Positions 48,471-61,853 of a DNA stretch of 64,000 nucleotides are shown in pieces (the first letter of the stretch is position 1; the number at the start of each line of letters is the position of its first letter). The position numbers and the translations under genes are program-made. The stretch is from Guillardia theta CCMP2712 (lineage: Eukaryota; Protista; Cryptophyta), in contig NW_005434671.1 in the NCBI RefSeq assembly GCF_000315625.1, positions 1 to 64,000 of the forward strand, written 5' to 3'. The notes under the pieces are model-generated. The model worked only from the letters and a program-made list of their open reading frames with translations. It ran no database searches and was not told the origin of the DNA.

Positions 48471-50121
48471 ATAGAGGGAACTAGTGCAAGCCGCCGCCGG
48501 AGCAGTCATAATTCTTAATCTTCTGTAGATGTTACAAGCATGCTGGAGGTCGACAGTACAGTTAAAGATGAGACAAGATCGGCGCACGTATCGATCGAAG
48601 AACTGCTCGGACAAACGAGTTCCATCAACCTCGGCGATCTCAGAAATCATCCACTTGCAATCATGGAGTGAGACAGTGGACGATGACACAGACAAGAAAA
48701 TGTGCTGATGTGATTGACATGTTTGCTGAAATGGACCTATTCTTAAGCTCTTCCTTTAATTGTTCTCTTTTGCGAGGTTTTCAATACAAGGAACCTCCTT
48801 CTTCACCCTAGCGATCAGGGAGAGCTGTCGTTTGCGAACTGATAATCCATACCTTTCTCTAACAATAGGAAGCCAGGGGTATGAGAGAAGAAGGAAGAAG
48901 TAGAGGCGCTTCTATCACAGCAGTTCCCAGGGATCTTGCCGAAACGTTTGTGTTAGAACCTTTTCGTTCTTGTGTAGATGCTTGTTCACTTGGGTGCGTC
49001 AGTAACTTACTTGATCACGTTTGATCTGATGGCGATCGCCTAATTGCAGTACGAGACGCTTGCGTTGACCTCAGCCTGCTTGTACCAGACTGTAGATGAC
49101 ACGTTCAGGCTAAAGGCACCAACCCCTCAAACAATGCACTACTCGATGTCTGAATCTCGCGTGCAAAGAGCCGAATGTAGCGTGATGAGTTTTACAAGCT
49201 GACCTAGAGGTATAATCTATCATCACGAACAACTCTTCTATGCTCAATCAAAGCGTAAAAGGTCGAAGGTATCGGTTGTTCCTCCGTATGTGCTTCCTTC
49301 TAGGCGAGCCTGCACATGACTTGGTGAGCTTGACGATCTCTGCTGCACGAGGCTGGGCCGTCTGACTTGCATCTGCTTACAGCTCATCTCAAGCTGAGCT
49401 TCATGAACAATGCTTGCCTCTGACGTTCAACGAGAGCTCCACGCGGCAAGTTAGAAGGAATTGAGAGCACAGGCCAAGTGGATCGGACGTTGTTATGCAG
49501 GAGGGAGATGCGACTTTGCTGAGACAGAGGAGGTGAATGCCTGCCATGCTCTGGGGATGAGCCTCGAGTAGAGGTCGGGGATGCCAATGAGGTCAGTAGT
49601 TGCTTGCTGGATGAGGAGAGTGAGATGAGCTGGCAGATGAGCTTGGCAGCGTCTGCGGGAGCCAAGTGTCTGTGCGTCTGGTTCGGGTCTTTGTTCCCTT
49701 CTTGTCTCGTACGTGCCATCGCAGCCTGGTCAGAGCGGCTGGGGTGCGGGACTTGGTCAGCCTCCTCCGGGATGAGGAAACGAACGATCGCACGCGTAGA
49801 GGGCGAGGAGGTAGTGAGAGTTTGCGCTGGTGGCAGCGATGGAGCAAGAAGACAAGGAGAAACAAACTTCGAGAAATCCAAACTCCACCCTAGTTGATGC
49901 GTGCAGGCGACTGTGATAGCATTGTATGCCGTGGGAATGAGCCAGTGGAAGAGCGGAGAGCGGAGAGCGGAGAGTTGAGAGCGGAGAGGAAGGAAGATAT
50001 CGACAAGGGGGGAAGAGCAAAGAAGGTTTCGTGTTGATCTCAAAGCAGGAGGTTTCTTGTCGCAGGTTTCACGTCATGCGCTAACTTTCACTCGTTCACA
50101 CTCTGACCATTAGTTGTCTCG

Positions 50122-51133
50122 TCAAGCCATGTCGTCGCCCTCTTTCTTCACCTCTGCTGCATTCTTGTCATCACTGCGACGAGCCTTGCGCCACCGATCG
50201 TCAACAAACTTCACCAGCTGCCTGTTGCAGCGCCTTGCCATTTGCCATGCGCTCTCGCCGATCGTGTCGGAGAGCGTCTGGATGATAGGGAAGACAAGGA
50301 TGAAGATGTTGGCGAGAACGAGGAGAGCCTGTACGATGTCTAGCTCGTAGGAAGTTGAATCTTCTCGCAGCTCCTCGACAGTGAGCAGTTTGATGCTGTT
50401 GCCATCTGCAGACATGGTCAGCGGAGGGCCGAAGACGAGATGGAGTCTTACAGAGCAAGGTGGCGAAGTTGGCAATGAGCGCAAAGAACATCATGTGGTC
50501 CAGCGACGGGTCTTGAAAGGGCTTGAGGTAACTGTGGGCGGCTAGGGAGAGGAACAGCAGCATGAGCCCAACGGAGATCTGAAAGATTGTGCCAGTGAAG
50601 CAGAAACTGATAAAGATGCACGTGAAGAACCTCCGGACGAGCTCGAAGACTTCAAACCACCAGAAGTTCACTTCGTACATGGAGAAGAGAAACCCAGCGA
50701 TGCTAAGTGCATACTTCTCCGATTTCAACATGTTGGTGTCTTCTTCTCCTGTTTTGTCTCCTTTTTCTCTTGCTGATCCTGCTCCTTCTGCTGTTGCTGC
50801 TCCTTCTGCTCCCTGTTTTCCTTCTCCTTTCCCCTCTCCTTCCTCCGCTCCTGCTCCTTCTCCTTCTTCCGCTCCTGCTCCTGCTCCTGCTCCTGCTGCC
50901 GGTCCTGCTGCTTCTACTACTTCGCTTTCTACATCCCCTTTTTCAACGTTTGCCAGCATCTCCTGATGCATGTCCTGTCTTACTTCTGTTGCATTTTTCT
51001 GCTTCTCTGATTCGTTGTTGTTGGCGTTGCTCTCTATGTCCTCCACCCAGATCTTCGTTTCCTCCTCTTCTCGCCCCTCTTTCTCCGTCTCCTTTTCTTC
51101 CCTTATCTCCCCCTCTTGCACCCCGCCTTGCTT

Positions 51134-51169
<36 letters not shown>

Positions 51170-54100
51170 TTCTACTTTGGTGTACCAGCTCACCTTTGCA
51201 ATTGGAACAACTTCTCTCCTGATGATCTCAGTGTACAACAACTGCAGCTGTTCGCGCGCAAAACAACGAGAACCAAGTTCATGCGTCTGATCATTTCCTT
51301 CATCGTTGCCTTTGTCGTTCTCCCCCTCGCTTCTCTTGGGTTTGTTGCAATCTGTCACGCGTCTGCTCCTCTCGGACTTGTCATCCCATTCCTCAACAGT
51401 TCCTCCCTCTCCAAGCTTTTCCTCTGCGGCCTCAGCTACCTCGATACCTTTGTTCGCCAAATCGATAATGGTCATTCCCTCCTTCTCCTCCTCCAGCGAG
51501 ATTTCTTCAGGAGCGACCCTGTGGTGCTGGAACAAGAGCAGAGCGTTTAGCCCTTGTTTCTTCAGCAAGCGCCTTAGCGCTCTGCTCACAGCTCGCACTT
51601 CATCCAGATCCAACAGGTCGATAACGGAGGTTTCCCAGCTCTCCTGCCACTCACGCCTCTTGCTCTCCATGTCCCACTGCAGCCCGACCTCCTTAAGATG
51701 CCCCAGCTCCTGCAGACTTTGGAAAAAGGCGTGCTCCTGCTTTGCTCGCACCAGCGCTGGCACTTTGAGTTGTATGAGGATGTACACGATGAGGAGAGGA
51801 AATCCGACGGGATACACGAGGGTCGTGAAGATGGCCCAGCCATACGCGAAATCCCCTGACGTCCGAGGACAAGGCACGCGAAAGTCTCGGACAAGCCAAG
51901 CTCCGTCCTCCACGAGATCTTGACAGAGAAATGTGCTTAGAACCATGGAGGAGACTGGGATGTAGATGAGGTAGATGAAGAACCTGACCTGTCAGTCAGT
52001 GTCTGCAGATCAAAAGACAAGGTTTACAAGCTCCAGAAGATGAACTTGTGAAAGAGAAGTTGGGAAATGGCTCCTTTGTTCATTCTGTCGAGAACGACTG
52101 TGATTGCGTGGGGAAGGTTCATCAACATGATGGGGGCAAGCGGGGCGAGAGTATACAGAAGGAGCTTGTCGGAGAAGGAGAGGTCAGAAGCTGTGCAGGA
52201 TATTTGAGGGAGAGCAAGGAAATCAAGACTGAAGAATGCAATGTTGGAGAGAAGTCGTGCGATCAGATCAGGCCATTCGATGTTGTAGACAGAGATGAGG
52301 CTGGAGGAGATCTGAACAAAACCTGCAGAATGCTCATTAAGCGCTTGAAGACATGACGATTATCTTGTTACCAATCAAGGTCTTGAGGTATCCAATCTTG
52401 GAGCTATGTTTGTTCACACTTTTACGTATGATGCCCAAGAATCCAGTCTTGGTCCATGCTTTGCATCTCTGTACAACGTCATCTACCTTTCCTGTGAGTC
52501 GTTGTGCCATTGCAAGATGTTTCATCAAAGGCAGCAAGAAAAACCAGCACCTCCAAGACTGACTGTCAGCCTTTCTCTTACATTCACGGAGGAAGCCTTA
52601 CCAGAAGCAGACAAAACATACCAGTGCGAGTACTAGAATAAAAATTCTCACTCCCTCCATCCCTTTGTCGCAGCGCTTGCAGTTGCCATTGCTCAACGCC
52701 CAGAAGAAGTCATCCTTATCTCCTGTCGCCACACAAAGAGCGCATAGCTGAACAGCAGCCGTCAGCCTGGAGGGCGACCCCTCCCTCACTCACCCGCCCT
52801 TGCTGCCCTTGTCTGCACTTGAAGTCCCGCAGGCAGTTCCCATCAGCACATCGATGCGCCTTGAGGGAGATCTCCTTGTTGGTGCGAGGGAGGAGGAGGG
52901 CACTTCTGTTGAACCAGAAGCCGTCTCTGTTCCTGATCTCCTCACCTCCTCCGCATTCAATCCCGTGGGGGCAGCGCATGCAGGAGGGGTTGCTTGAGTT
53001 GCTCCCAGAGAACGCGTACAGGGCGTAGGAGTCAGAGAGGCACTTGTCGCAGGTGGCAAAGGAGGGGAAGCTCAAGCTGTCGGTCTTGAGCACGTAGCCG
53101 ACTGGACACACTGCCTGAGAGACGAATACCTCTGCGACTGACGACACCATCTCCTCCCCTGACACAGCGTCGCTCCCATACGCCTCCAACACTACCGGCC
53201 CCTCTATCTGAGCTGGGAAGGGGCTGGAGGAGGATGGCACAAAGTAAATCTTGAGAGTGACGTTGGTCTGACCCACTCCTTCGTGCAGCGTCATCGCACT
53301 TGACCCCATGACCAGCGAACGTCCGCTCCTGCTTGACGCAGTGGCCGTGCGGATTTGCAAGGAGGAGTCAGTTTTGATCAGCTGACCGTAGAAGTCGAAC
53401 TTTGCAGCTTTGACTTCAAACGCGATGCCGGGGAAGATTGTTGCTTCCTCTATCTGCAGGAGCAGGCGATAAAATCCTGACGCCACACAAGACCCGTAGG
53501 AGGCGTTGTTGGTATGCGAGGCACCACAGAGAACTGCCGGGTCGTCTTCATCTGAATCAGACACTAGCACCGGTTGCACCTTCAACCAGAACACTGCTCC
53601 TCCTCCTCCTCCTTCCGCTCGATTCCTTTGAAACGAGTTTCCTTCTAGCCGTGCAGTGCTCGCTTGCAGGAACAAGGCTCCCCCATCGAGCGCAGCATGA
53701 TTTTCTTGAAAGGAAGAATGTCTGATGATGGCGGTGGCAGAGCTCTCCGTGTGCAGGGCTCCTCCTTGCCCGCCCGAGTTCCGCAAGAAGCTGCTTGACT
53801 GGATCAACAAGTTGGGTCTCGACAAAACAGTAGGAAAGTAGTCGAGAGGTTGGGACTTGATATGAATCGCGCCTCCTCCCTCCCTCGCCTCGCAGCCCTC
53901 AAAGGTCGAACTGACAACATTCATCGTCGACCCCTGCAGCACAACGGCTCCTCCTGCCCCTCCGCTTCTCGATCCGACTATTCTCACGCCAAACAGGTCG
54001 GCAGTTGCACCTCCGTAGACCTGGATACTGCCTCCGTCGTCGTTGGAGGAGCAGCCGACGACCGCGGAATTGTTGAGGTCGAGGTGTGCTTCCAGCCCGA

Positions 54101-56858
54101 CGAGACGGAGAGGAGCGACCGAGGTGTCGCGCGAGCTCGAGCAGATCAAGTCAACGCCATTGACTTGAATCCCCGTACATCCTTGTCTCCCGTCGCACAT
54201 GACATTAGCATTGTCAAGCAGGAGCAGGGATGAAGCCTTGCCGGCCTCGCTGATGAGGGAGATGTGGCAGGGCATCCAAGCACGAGAGCATAGTTCGATC
54301 GAGGACTTGGTGCTTGTGCACGTCTCCATGTGCTCGCAGTTGCTAACGATGCTGGTGTCCCAATCGTTTGCAAGAGCGAGGTCAAGCATCATGTTCTTGG
54401 AGATCTTTCGTTCTCTCGGAAAGTCACGAGAAGAGATGACGTTGTTGGACGACAGTGTGAATAGCTTACCAAGATTTGCTCCCATGCCCAATGTCAGAAT
54501 GGTTTTGTCGGTAATGCTGTCTTCTCTCCCGAATAGTTGCTGCCAGGTCAACGTGTCAAGATCAAACGAGTAGAGGTCACTGAATGTTTTAGTTTCTTGA
54601 ATTCCGGTTTCGACTCCTCCGTATATGTACAACTGATTCTTGTGCACGATCATGACGGGGTTGAGGCGAGAGGCAGGAGAGTTTTCGGCCTTCTTTGACA
54701 GCACTGACCACACGTTCACTTGAAGATCGAAACGATACAGCCAGTCGTCAACTCCCGGGTTGTCAACTGCAAAGCAATCACTGTTTGCACAAAAGTACAA
54801 AGCAATGGCTCACAGACGGTGTAAAACATTGCGTTATTATGGTTTGGAGCCAATCCTCCAAAATGATACACGTAGCGATCAGTAGCAGCGATAGAATGGA
54901 AGACTTTCTGAGGCGACGAGCCGTCCGCGAGCGAATGTCTCGTCCAAGACATTGATGTAACGTTGAAAGTGAAAACTCCAGAAGACGCGTTCATATCCTC
55001 TTTGAGACAAGGCAGATGTTAGCCATACCCGGATATACACTCAAATTACCAGAAATAGCATCAGCATGCAGCACCAGCAGAGCATCTGTAGTTGTCGTTG
55101 CAAATTCATACTCCAAAAGGTTGTAAAGGTACGTATACACTAAGGCCTGCAGGTCTGAGACCATGGATGCGTCTGACGGAGAGGTTTCTATTCGCATCCA
55201 CGATCCACTTTCCTCTCGATATTTGAATAACGATGGAAAGAGATAATGGCTCATTCCAAACAATTCGTCTTGGAGGACAAAGAGAAATTTGAAGATTTCG
55301 ACAGTCTGATTGTTGGAGAGGCTTTGCCAGGACAAGGAGTTCATGTCAAACTTGTATATCTCTTGGTCTGATGTGCTTGACAAAAATTCAGGCCTCAAGA
55401 GGAGATTAAATGTTTCTTTTACCCTTCTCCCAGAAACATGTTGTTCCAAGTATTAAACACCCTTGATACTGAGACAAAAACAGACATTTCAGTGCATCAC
55501 AATTGTCAAACGCACTTTACCATCGAGAAGAACGACACTTTGGCGCCACTCAGTTATTCGATCCCAGTAAATGTTCGTTTGTTCGGATGGAGCTGCATTG
55601 CCGGAGTTGAAAATCACTTCACGTTTCCGTGCGATGGGATCGATGACGTGCAAGACTGAAATGAATAAAACTATCAGATAACATTCTTATCCAGATTGTC
55701 GTACAGACCCGAAGTACTTGTACCATACGCATAGATGGTCCCATCTTCGCAGTTGCTGAACAGATACGTTTCGACTGCATCAAAGGAGCCCGATACTAAG
55801 CTGATGGCATCTTCGTAGCTCATATCAAATCGAACCATTGCTGATCGCAATTGTTAGTAATCAGAGAAGAGGAGAGGCAAGGGAGGTGGGAAGACAGAGA
55901 AGGGAGAGAAGGGAGAGAGAAGGGAGAGAGAAGGGAGAGAAGAGAGGGATCTCATCATCGTGTCTCATACCATGGAACGCAAAGTTGAACTCCGCGATTT
56001 GCAAGGTGTCTGTTGTGTTGAACCAAATGCTCCACTTTGTGGGCTCATCACAGCTATCGCTTACCATAATATAGAATTCGTCGTTGCAAACCATTATCAT
56101 GCTATACAGTCGATCTTTGACCGCAATAAGCTCATATGTTTTCAACTTCAACCAAGTGCCACTGATTTGGCAATCCTTGTTGTCGACGTTCAAGTTCTCC
56201 CACGGACTGTGATAGGTGGGCTGCCATTGCAATGTTTCGAGATAAAGTTGATAGAAGGACATATCTCGGACATAGAACAATCGATTCTGACAAGTCGTCG
56301 ACCTTGCACTGCTGTAACCATATGCAGGAGCTGGTTTGTTTCCGTTGACTTGGTTGGTGTAGTTGGTCCACGTCAAAGTTGCCATGTTGAGCTGAAAGAG
56401 CTCCATGTTGTCCAGCTGAGATACTGTGACATCTTACAAGCAAGCAGTCAGAAGGCACCGTACAACACAAGCGACGTGTCTACCATAATATCCCAGCACG
56501 TAGATTGACTCTCCTGCACTTGTAAGCGTGTAATAGAACCCGCTCCGAGGGCTCACTCCATCGAACTGGTTGGAGAAGTCTGTCCAAGCTCGTTGAGAAG
56601 GATCGTACACTTGGTGCGCTGCGTTAGAGTTCAAACCTACATCACACTTTCTGTCAGAGTGCAACACCGATGCAGGAACAATGAAAACAACTCACTGTGT
56701 ATCCTATTGTCAATGCACGTCAAGCACAGGTTGGTATTGGGTCGGGTATTGCGCTTGTACGATGAATCCAAGTCTGTCCATGAAGGAATTTTCTTCGCGG
56801 AGCATCCCAGCAAGAGACTAGCAGCAAACAAGCAAGTTATCGTCTTTATCGTCTTCAT
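50122..56858 (-). CDS. Large receptor-like membrane protein: signal peptide, kelch-like repeats, PMP-like GGA(I/L/V)/FxxN beta-helix repeats, Cys-rich region, multi-pass TM domain
   Basis: MKTIKTITCLFAASLLLGCSA; QLYIYGG..FSDLYSFDLDTLTW; GGAIHI, FLRNSGGQGGALH, FQENHAALDGGALF; FLFSMYEVNFWWFEVFELVRR..KPF. Confidence 0.8.
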
Positions 56859-57297
56859 TCTTCGCCTACGATCTGCTCCACTGCGAACAAGTTGCTGCTT
56901 GATCTGTGTTCTGCCTTCCGCACGCGAGATTCTGAGTCCAGATCTTGTACAAGGGAACATTTCGTGACATCCTACCCCACCACCTGGGCCAGCGGATTTT
57001 TATACTTGAGTACCCCTATTAGCCTAACGACCACCCCCTGTTTTCCGCGTCGAGTACCGACCATATCAACCCATGAGTCGATGACTTGTTTAATGTACCA
57101 GGTCTTAAGTACCCCTATTAGCATACGACCCATACTATACCAAACCCAACAAGTATATCGACCACCGGGCCCATACTATAGTTACTGACCCCCCCCCCCC
57201 AAAAAGAATCTTTTGTTTGAAGTCGCGCTCTCATGATGTTTGTTTTTGTTTTTCTGGTTGATCTTGAGACGTGTCAAACTGTGTCGGAATCGCTCAA

Positions 57298-57397
57298 NNN
57301 NNNNNNNNNNNNNNNNNNNNNNNNNNNNNNNNNNNNNNNNNNNNNNNNNNNNNNNNNNNNNNNNNNNNNNNNNNNNNNNNNNNNNNNNNNNNNNNNN
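57298..57397. other. Assembly gap (100 N)
   Basis: Run of N. Confidence 1.
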
Positions 57398-59018
57398 ACC
57401 CCCCCCCTCCCGGCCCATATATTTGAAGTACCAACAAAAAACGCCTCCCAGTCCCGAACCCAATGGCCCACGCCAGATGATCAGTGCCAAGCAGTTCAGT
57501 GTTACTATGTGACATCACCTTCCGAGTTCTTCACTCAAAGACATCACCTATCCATGGCGACACAAGTTCGACCTTGAAGTACTACAAATACATGTGTCCG
57601 TGGCACTGCAAACCACTGTTTCTGATGAGTTGGTCGCAAAATTAATCGAATCAACCTCGGAGGCTCCACCTCACTGGCCAGACGAAACTATTTCCTCAGT
57701 ACACCTGAGCCTTGAATGTCGGTCTCTCCGGCAATCACAATGCACAACGAACCCCCATCTCGCTGAGCTTCGTCCACCGGGCCCGGGTGACCGCATGAGA
57801 CGCAATACCAGGCTGAACTTCTCGCCGTCTTCAAGAACTTATCCGACTCTTACAAAGCGGCTAATTTTATCTATTTACTAGTTATTCATCAGTTAGTTTG
57901 TACCGTGCCAGTCCGTTTCAATCAATCATAGTAAACCTCATCATATCAACATCAGCAATGTTCAAGACCGAGCAAAAGGTTAAATCGATTTCAGGTGCTA
58001 TCAAAGTACTGCTGCGCTGCGCAGCGGCCGCTCCGCTGTCACACCCGGGGGCCGCTCGCCGGACTCGGGCCGGGAAGGGATCCGACTCGAAGATGCCAAT
58101 TTTTCGAATCTCTTTTTGATTTGGCAATTTCCGTCCACAGGGGCAACCGTGTGACCCGGGCTCAACGATCCTCCTCGCCGTTGAAGACGGAATCTTTTTA
58201 CTCAAAGTTAAGACGGAATCAGTCCGACGATCAGGATGTTCACTCCCGGAGGGGCCGGGCCCGCTGAGCAGGCCCCCGTTACTGCGCCGAGGCGGAAGTT
58301 GGTGACTTTTAAGTGTTGATGCCGGCACGGTCCAAAGTGCATGTAACGGTAAAAACTCGTAGGCGGTCTTAGGAGCGATACCACACTGGTTTTAGTGAGA
58401 TACTGTTTGAAATGATTGGGCTGAGGTCAAGAGGGCTAGGACCTGGAACCAGCTGTACTAGACCTGGGTCGTAGGAAGTTTCTATCTGGCTATATCAGTA
58501 CATAATAATAATTCGTCTTGTACGAGAGTGCTATGATTTTAAAGATATTTTATATCTCCACATTTCACATTTTAGTACCTTTTATGAAAATCAAACTGTA
58601 CCAGTCCTTCTGAAAATAAAACACTGCTGGAAGGCGCGACATGGAGGGGCACGGAATGAGCCTATGGCAGGCATACCTTCATGGTAGGAGCGGAGCAGGC
58701 GTGAGGAGGAAGAGCGCAGGAAGTAGAGAGTAAGGAATCAGACGAGCCAAGAGTTCCTTGCCGACACTGTTGCAAGGAGTTTCAAAGAGTATCAGCGGCA
58801 GATAGATTAGCTCCTGCCCAGTATTCACTCATTTGAATCTATTTGACAAGTCAAAGAGAGGCGGTTCTGGCATCTGATTCGAAGACGGAGCAATTGGTTT
58901 TCATCGTAATCCTTTCAAGTTTCCCTTGCAGTTTTGTGGTGGGATTGCATTGGATGTGCTGTTGAGTGCAGGACAAAGTGATCTCAACTCGACATTTATT
59001 TCATCGTTCGCGACGTCA

Positions 59019-61853
59019 ATGGCGAAGCGAATTACGGTGCAGACAGTAGGCGAGAATGCAAAGCGAATAGCTATGTTGTGCTTTGATACTCTCGATGAGA
59101 CAAAGCAGCAGGCAGCTTCGAAGCTTGGATTTGATAATGTGCGACTCTTCAACATGCATGGAGCAGAAATAGACAGTATCGATCTAATATTACACGACGA
59201 TCTGCTTTACGCCACATGCAGCACAGTGACGTCACTCGCTCACGCCCACGCGCATCAAGGAAGAGATGATCAAGAGACTGCATCAGTTGCGAGGTCGGAC
59301 ATCGGAAAAGAATCTAATTTTCAGGTCGGCAAGAAACTTGGCACAGGGGGACAGGGTACAACTTTCCTTGCAGTCGATAAGAGAACAAATCAGCAAGTCG
59401 TCCTAAAGAAAGTGTTTTGCACTGGACTCTCTGAAACAAACCGAGCGATAGAGGAAGCTGTCATGCTCTCACGACTGAAACATCCTCGAGTTGTGGCTTA
59501 CAGCGAAGTATATCTTGGGTCAGAAGAAAGCAAGGGCAACTATGTCGGGATTGTGATGGAGTATTGCTCTGGAGGAGATTTGTATCATATGCTTTGCAAA
59601 CAACGAACTAAGAAGAAACCATTGAGCGTGAGACGCGTGAAAATGTGGATCTTGCAGATGTGCGAGGCCATTGCTTTCTTGCATACACAGAATGTCGTAC
59701 ACCGGGATATGAAGCCCATGAATGTGCTTGTTGATAACAACGGTGACCTCAAGATTGCTGATTTTGGTCTTGCGAGGCAAGGTGTGACAGCAACGAAACT
59801 GATCTCAACTCAATGCGGAACCCCAGGATATGAAAGTCCTGAAGTTCAATTGGGTCAGTCGTACGGGTTCAAGACAGACATCTGGGGTCTTGGTTGTATT
59901 GTATGTGACATGACGACTCTGAAGTTCATGCATGAAAGACCAGGATCTCTTGCAACTCAAGTTCAAGTTGATCCGAAGGCAATAGTGAAAGTAATTCAGC
60001 CTGTGTCGGAGCTGTACGGGCCAGATATTCATTCTTTGCTTGCTTCGATGCTGCAGTCAGACCCCAAGCAGCGACCTTCGGCAAGTGAAATACTTGAAAT
60101 GAAATTCTTGCACAATTATTCTAAGGGACAGGGAAATGTTGTAGCAGACCAGGTCAAAGATATCAACAGATCCGTCAACAGCTCAACAGAAGCTTCTCCT
60201 ATGCCTGAGCGCAGCAAGTCACAGGTTGAAATTCCCAAGTTAGCGGCGAAGCCTCCGGTCAACGTGACCAGAAATGGGGCTCAAAATGGAGATACTTTGA
60301 TAGTTTCTCGACAAAGCGGGGGTGATGGTTATTATCAGACTATCATGCAAGCTCTTCGAAATGCTAGCGAGGGCTCGACGATTGAAATTCTTGAAGGAAG
60401 ATATCAAGAAGAGATTTACATCGACAAACCTGTCACAATACAAGCAAGGCAGCTCTCCTCTGGTGAGTTTGCGGCTGTTGAGATCTACAATACATCAATA
60501 CGGCCTGTTGTGATATGCAACTCACCGGATTCCACGTTGAAGGGCTTGAAAATTAGACATCTTTCACAAGTTTCATCAGAGGGAAGGGAGTGCACAAGGT
60601 GCATAGACATTGGCGGCGGAGCGTTAACCATGGAGGATTGCAATGTCAAGAGTGTGTCTGGAGTCGGCATTGTTGTACGCGATGGAGCAAGGCTCAAAGC
60701 AACAAGGTGTATAGTGTGTAGATGTGGGCAGAATGGATTCTTCATTTTCGGGAAAGGGGGTGCGATTGTTGATAGTTGTGATATTTGTGAAAATTTGTTT
60801 CCCGGGATCGGAATCGACGGAAGCGTCGAAACCATCGTGCGAAGATGCAGAATCCGTCACGGCAAAGGAGATGGGATCAAGATCTACGGGAGCACAGGGG
60901 TCCTGCTGGAGAAGAATGACATCAGCCACAACGGAAGGGTAGGCATCGCCATCGAGGATGGTGCAAACCCCATTGTGCGTCAAAATGCGATCCATGATTC
61001 GCAGAGCTGTGGGATTTCGATCTTGAAGGGAGGAAAGGGCACCATAGAAGGCAACGACATCTACAGCAACGCACATCCAAATGTATACATTGCCAAGGGA
61101 GCCGACCCCGTCATCAAGGGGAATCAAATCCATCACGGCGGCAGTTGCGGCATCACATGTGTGGAAGAGGGACTGGGCACAATCCACGAGAACGAGATAT
61201 TCAGCAATCTTTCAGTTGGAATCTACTTGATGAATGGAGCAAACCCGAAGATTTCTTCAAACGAGATCAGAGACAGTGAGGGAGACGGTATCTCAATTTG
61301 CTTTGCCGCCAAGGGAGTCATCAAGGATAACATTATCAGAGGAAACTCAGGCATTGGAATACTGATTGAGAGCGAAGCCGACCCAACGATAGCGAACAAC
61401 CATGTGATCGACTCGCAACTCCATGGCATCAAGATCTGTCACAACGGTCGGGGAACTTTAGAAGGCAATGTCATTCGTGGATCAGGTTGGAACGGAGGTG
61501 GGGGCTCGGGTATAGTTCTTACAACTGGGTCAAGCCCAGTCATAATCGGCAACGAGATCGAAGGGAACGCAACCCATGGGATTCTGTCTATCGATGGTGC
61601 TGGAGGACGAATAGAGAAGAACACTGTCAGTGAGAATCAAGGGAATGGAATCACCTTGACAAGAGACGCCAAATCGACCATCAAGGGCAACGTGTTAAGG
61701 GCAAATGCTGGCTATGGTCTATATCTGTTTCAAGCTCCCAATGCTGTGATCGGACAGAATCAGATGGCAAATAATGGAAAAGGGGACATGAGAGCATTCA
61801 AGGACGACGATGTACTGACGAATCTTGATCGGTTGTCTGTAGGTGATATGTGA
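59019..61853 (+). CDS. Intronless NEK-like Ser/Thr kinase with N-terminal KHA-like domain and C-terminal FBXO11-like right-handed beta-helix
   Basis: GAEIDSIDLILHDDLLY; GTGGQG, VVLKK, HRDMKPMN, DFG, GTPGYESPE; many I..N.I..N...GI repeats. Confidence 0.9.
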   Translation: MAKRITVQTVGENAKRIAMLCFDTLDETKQQAASKLGFDNVRLFNMHGAEIDSIDLILHDDLLYATCSTVTSLAHAHAHQGRDDQETASVARSDIGKESNFQVGKKLGTGGQGTTFLAVDKRTNQQVVLKKVFCTGLSETNRAIEEAVMLSRLKHPRVVAYSEVYLGSEESKGNYVGIVMEYCSGGDLYHMLCKQRTKKKPLSVRRVKMWILQMCEAIAFLHTQNVVHRDMKPMNVLVDNNGDLKIADFGLARQGVTATKLISTQCGTPGYESPEVQLGQSYGFKTDIWGLGCIVCDMTTLKFMHERPGSLATQVQVDPKAIVKVIQPVSELYGPDIHSLLASMLQSDPKQRPSASEILEMKFLHNYSKGQGNVVADQVKDINRSVNSSTEASPMPERSKSQVEIPKLAAKPPVNVTRNGAQNGDTLIVSRQSGGDGYYQTIMQALRNASEGSTIEILEGRYQEEIYIDKPVTIQARQLSSGEFAAVEIYNTSIRPVVICNSPDSTLKGLKIRHLSQVSSEGRECTRCIDIGGGALTMEDCNVKSVSGVGIVVRDGARLKATRCIVCRCGQNGFFIFGKGGAIVDSCDICENLFPGIGIDGSVETIVRRCRIRHGKGDGIKIYGSTGVLLEKNDISHNGRVGIAIEDGANPIVRQNAIHDSQSCGISILKGGKGTIEGNDIYSNAHPNVYIAKGADPVIKGNQIHHGGSCGITCVEEGLGTIHENEIFSNLSVGIYLMNGANPKISSNEIRDSEGDGISICFAAKGVIKDNIIRGNSGIGILIESEADPTIANNHVIDSQLHGIKICHNGRGTLEGNVIRGSGWNGGGGSGIVLTTGSSPVIIGNEIEGNATHGILSIDGAGGRIEKNTVSENQGNGITLTRDAKSTIKGNVLRANAGYGLYLFQAPNAVIGQNQMANNGKGDMRAFKDDDVLTNLDRLSVGDM

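Noticed and set aside
48700-50043. ORF 49384-50043 and neighbouring fragments
   Set aside because: Low-complexity or stop-interrupted with no recognisable domain; possibly a decayed gene.
50589-51923. Plus-strand Leu/Ser/Pro-rich ORFs
   Set aside because: Antisense shadows of the acidic low-complexity exon on the minus strand.
57182-57577. ORFs spanning the N run
   Set aside because: Artefacts of the assembly gap.
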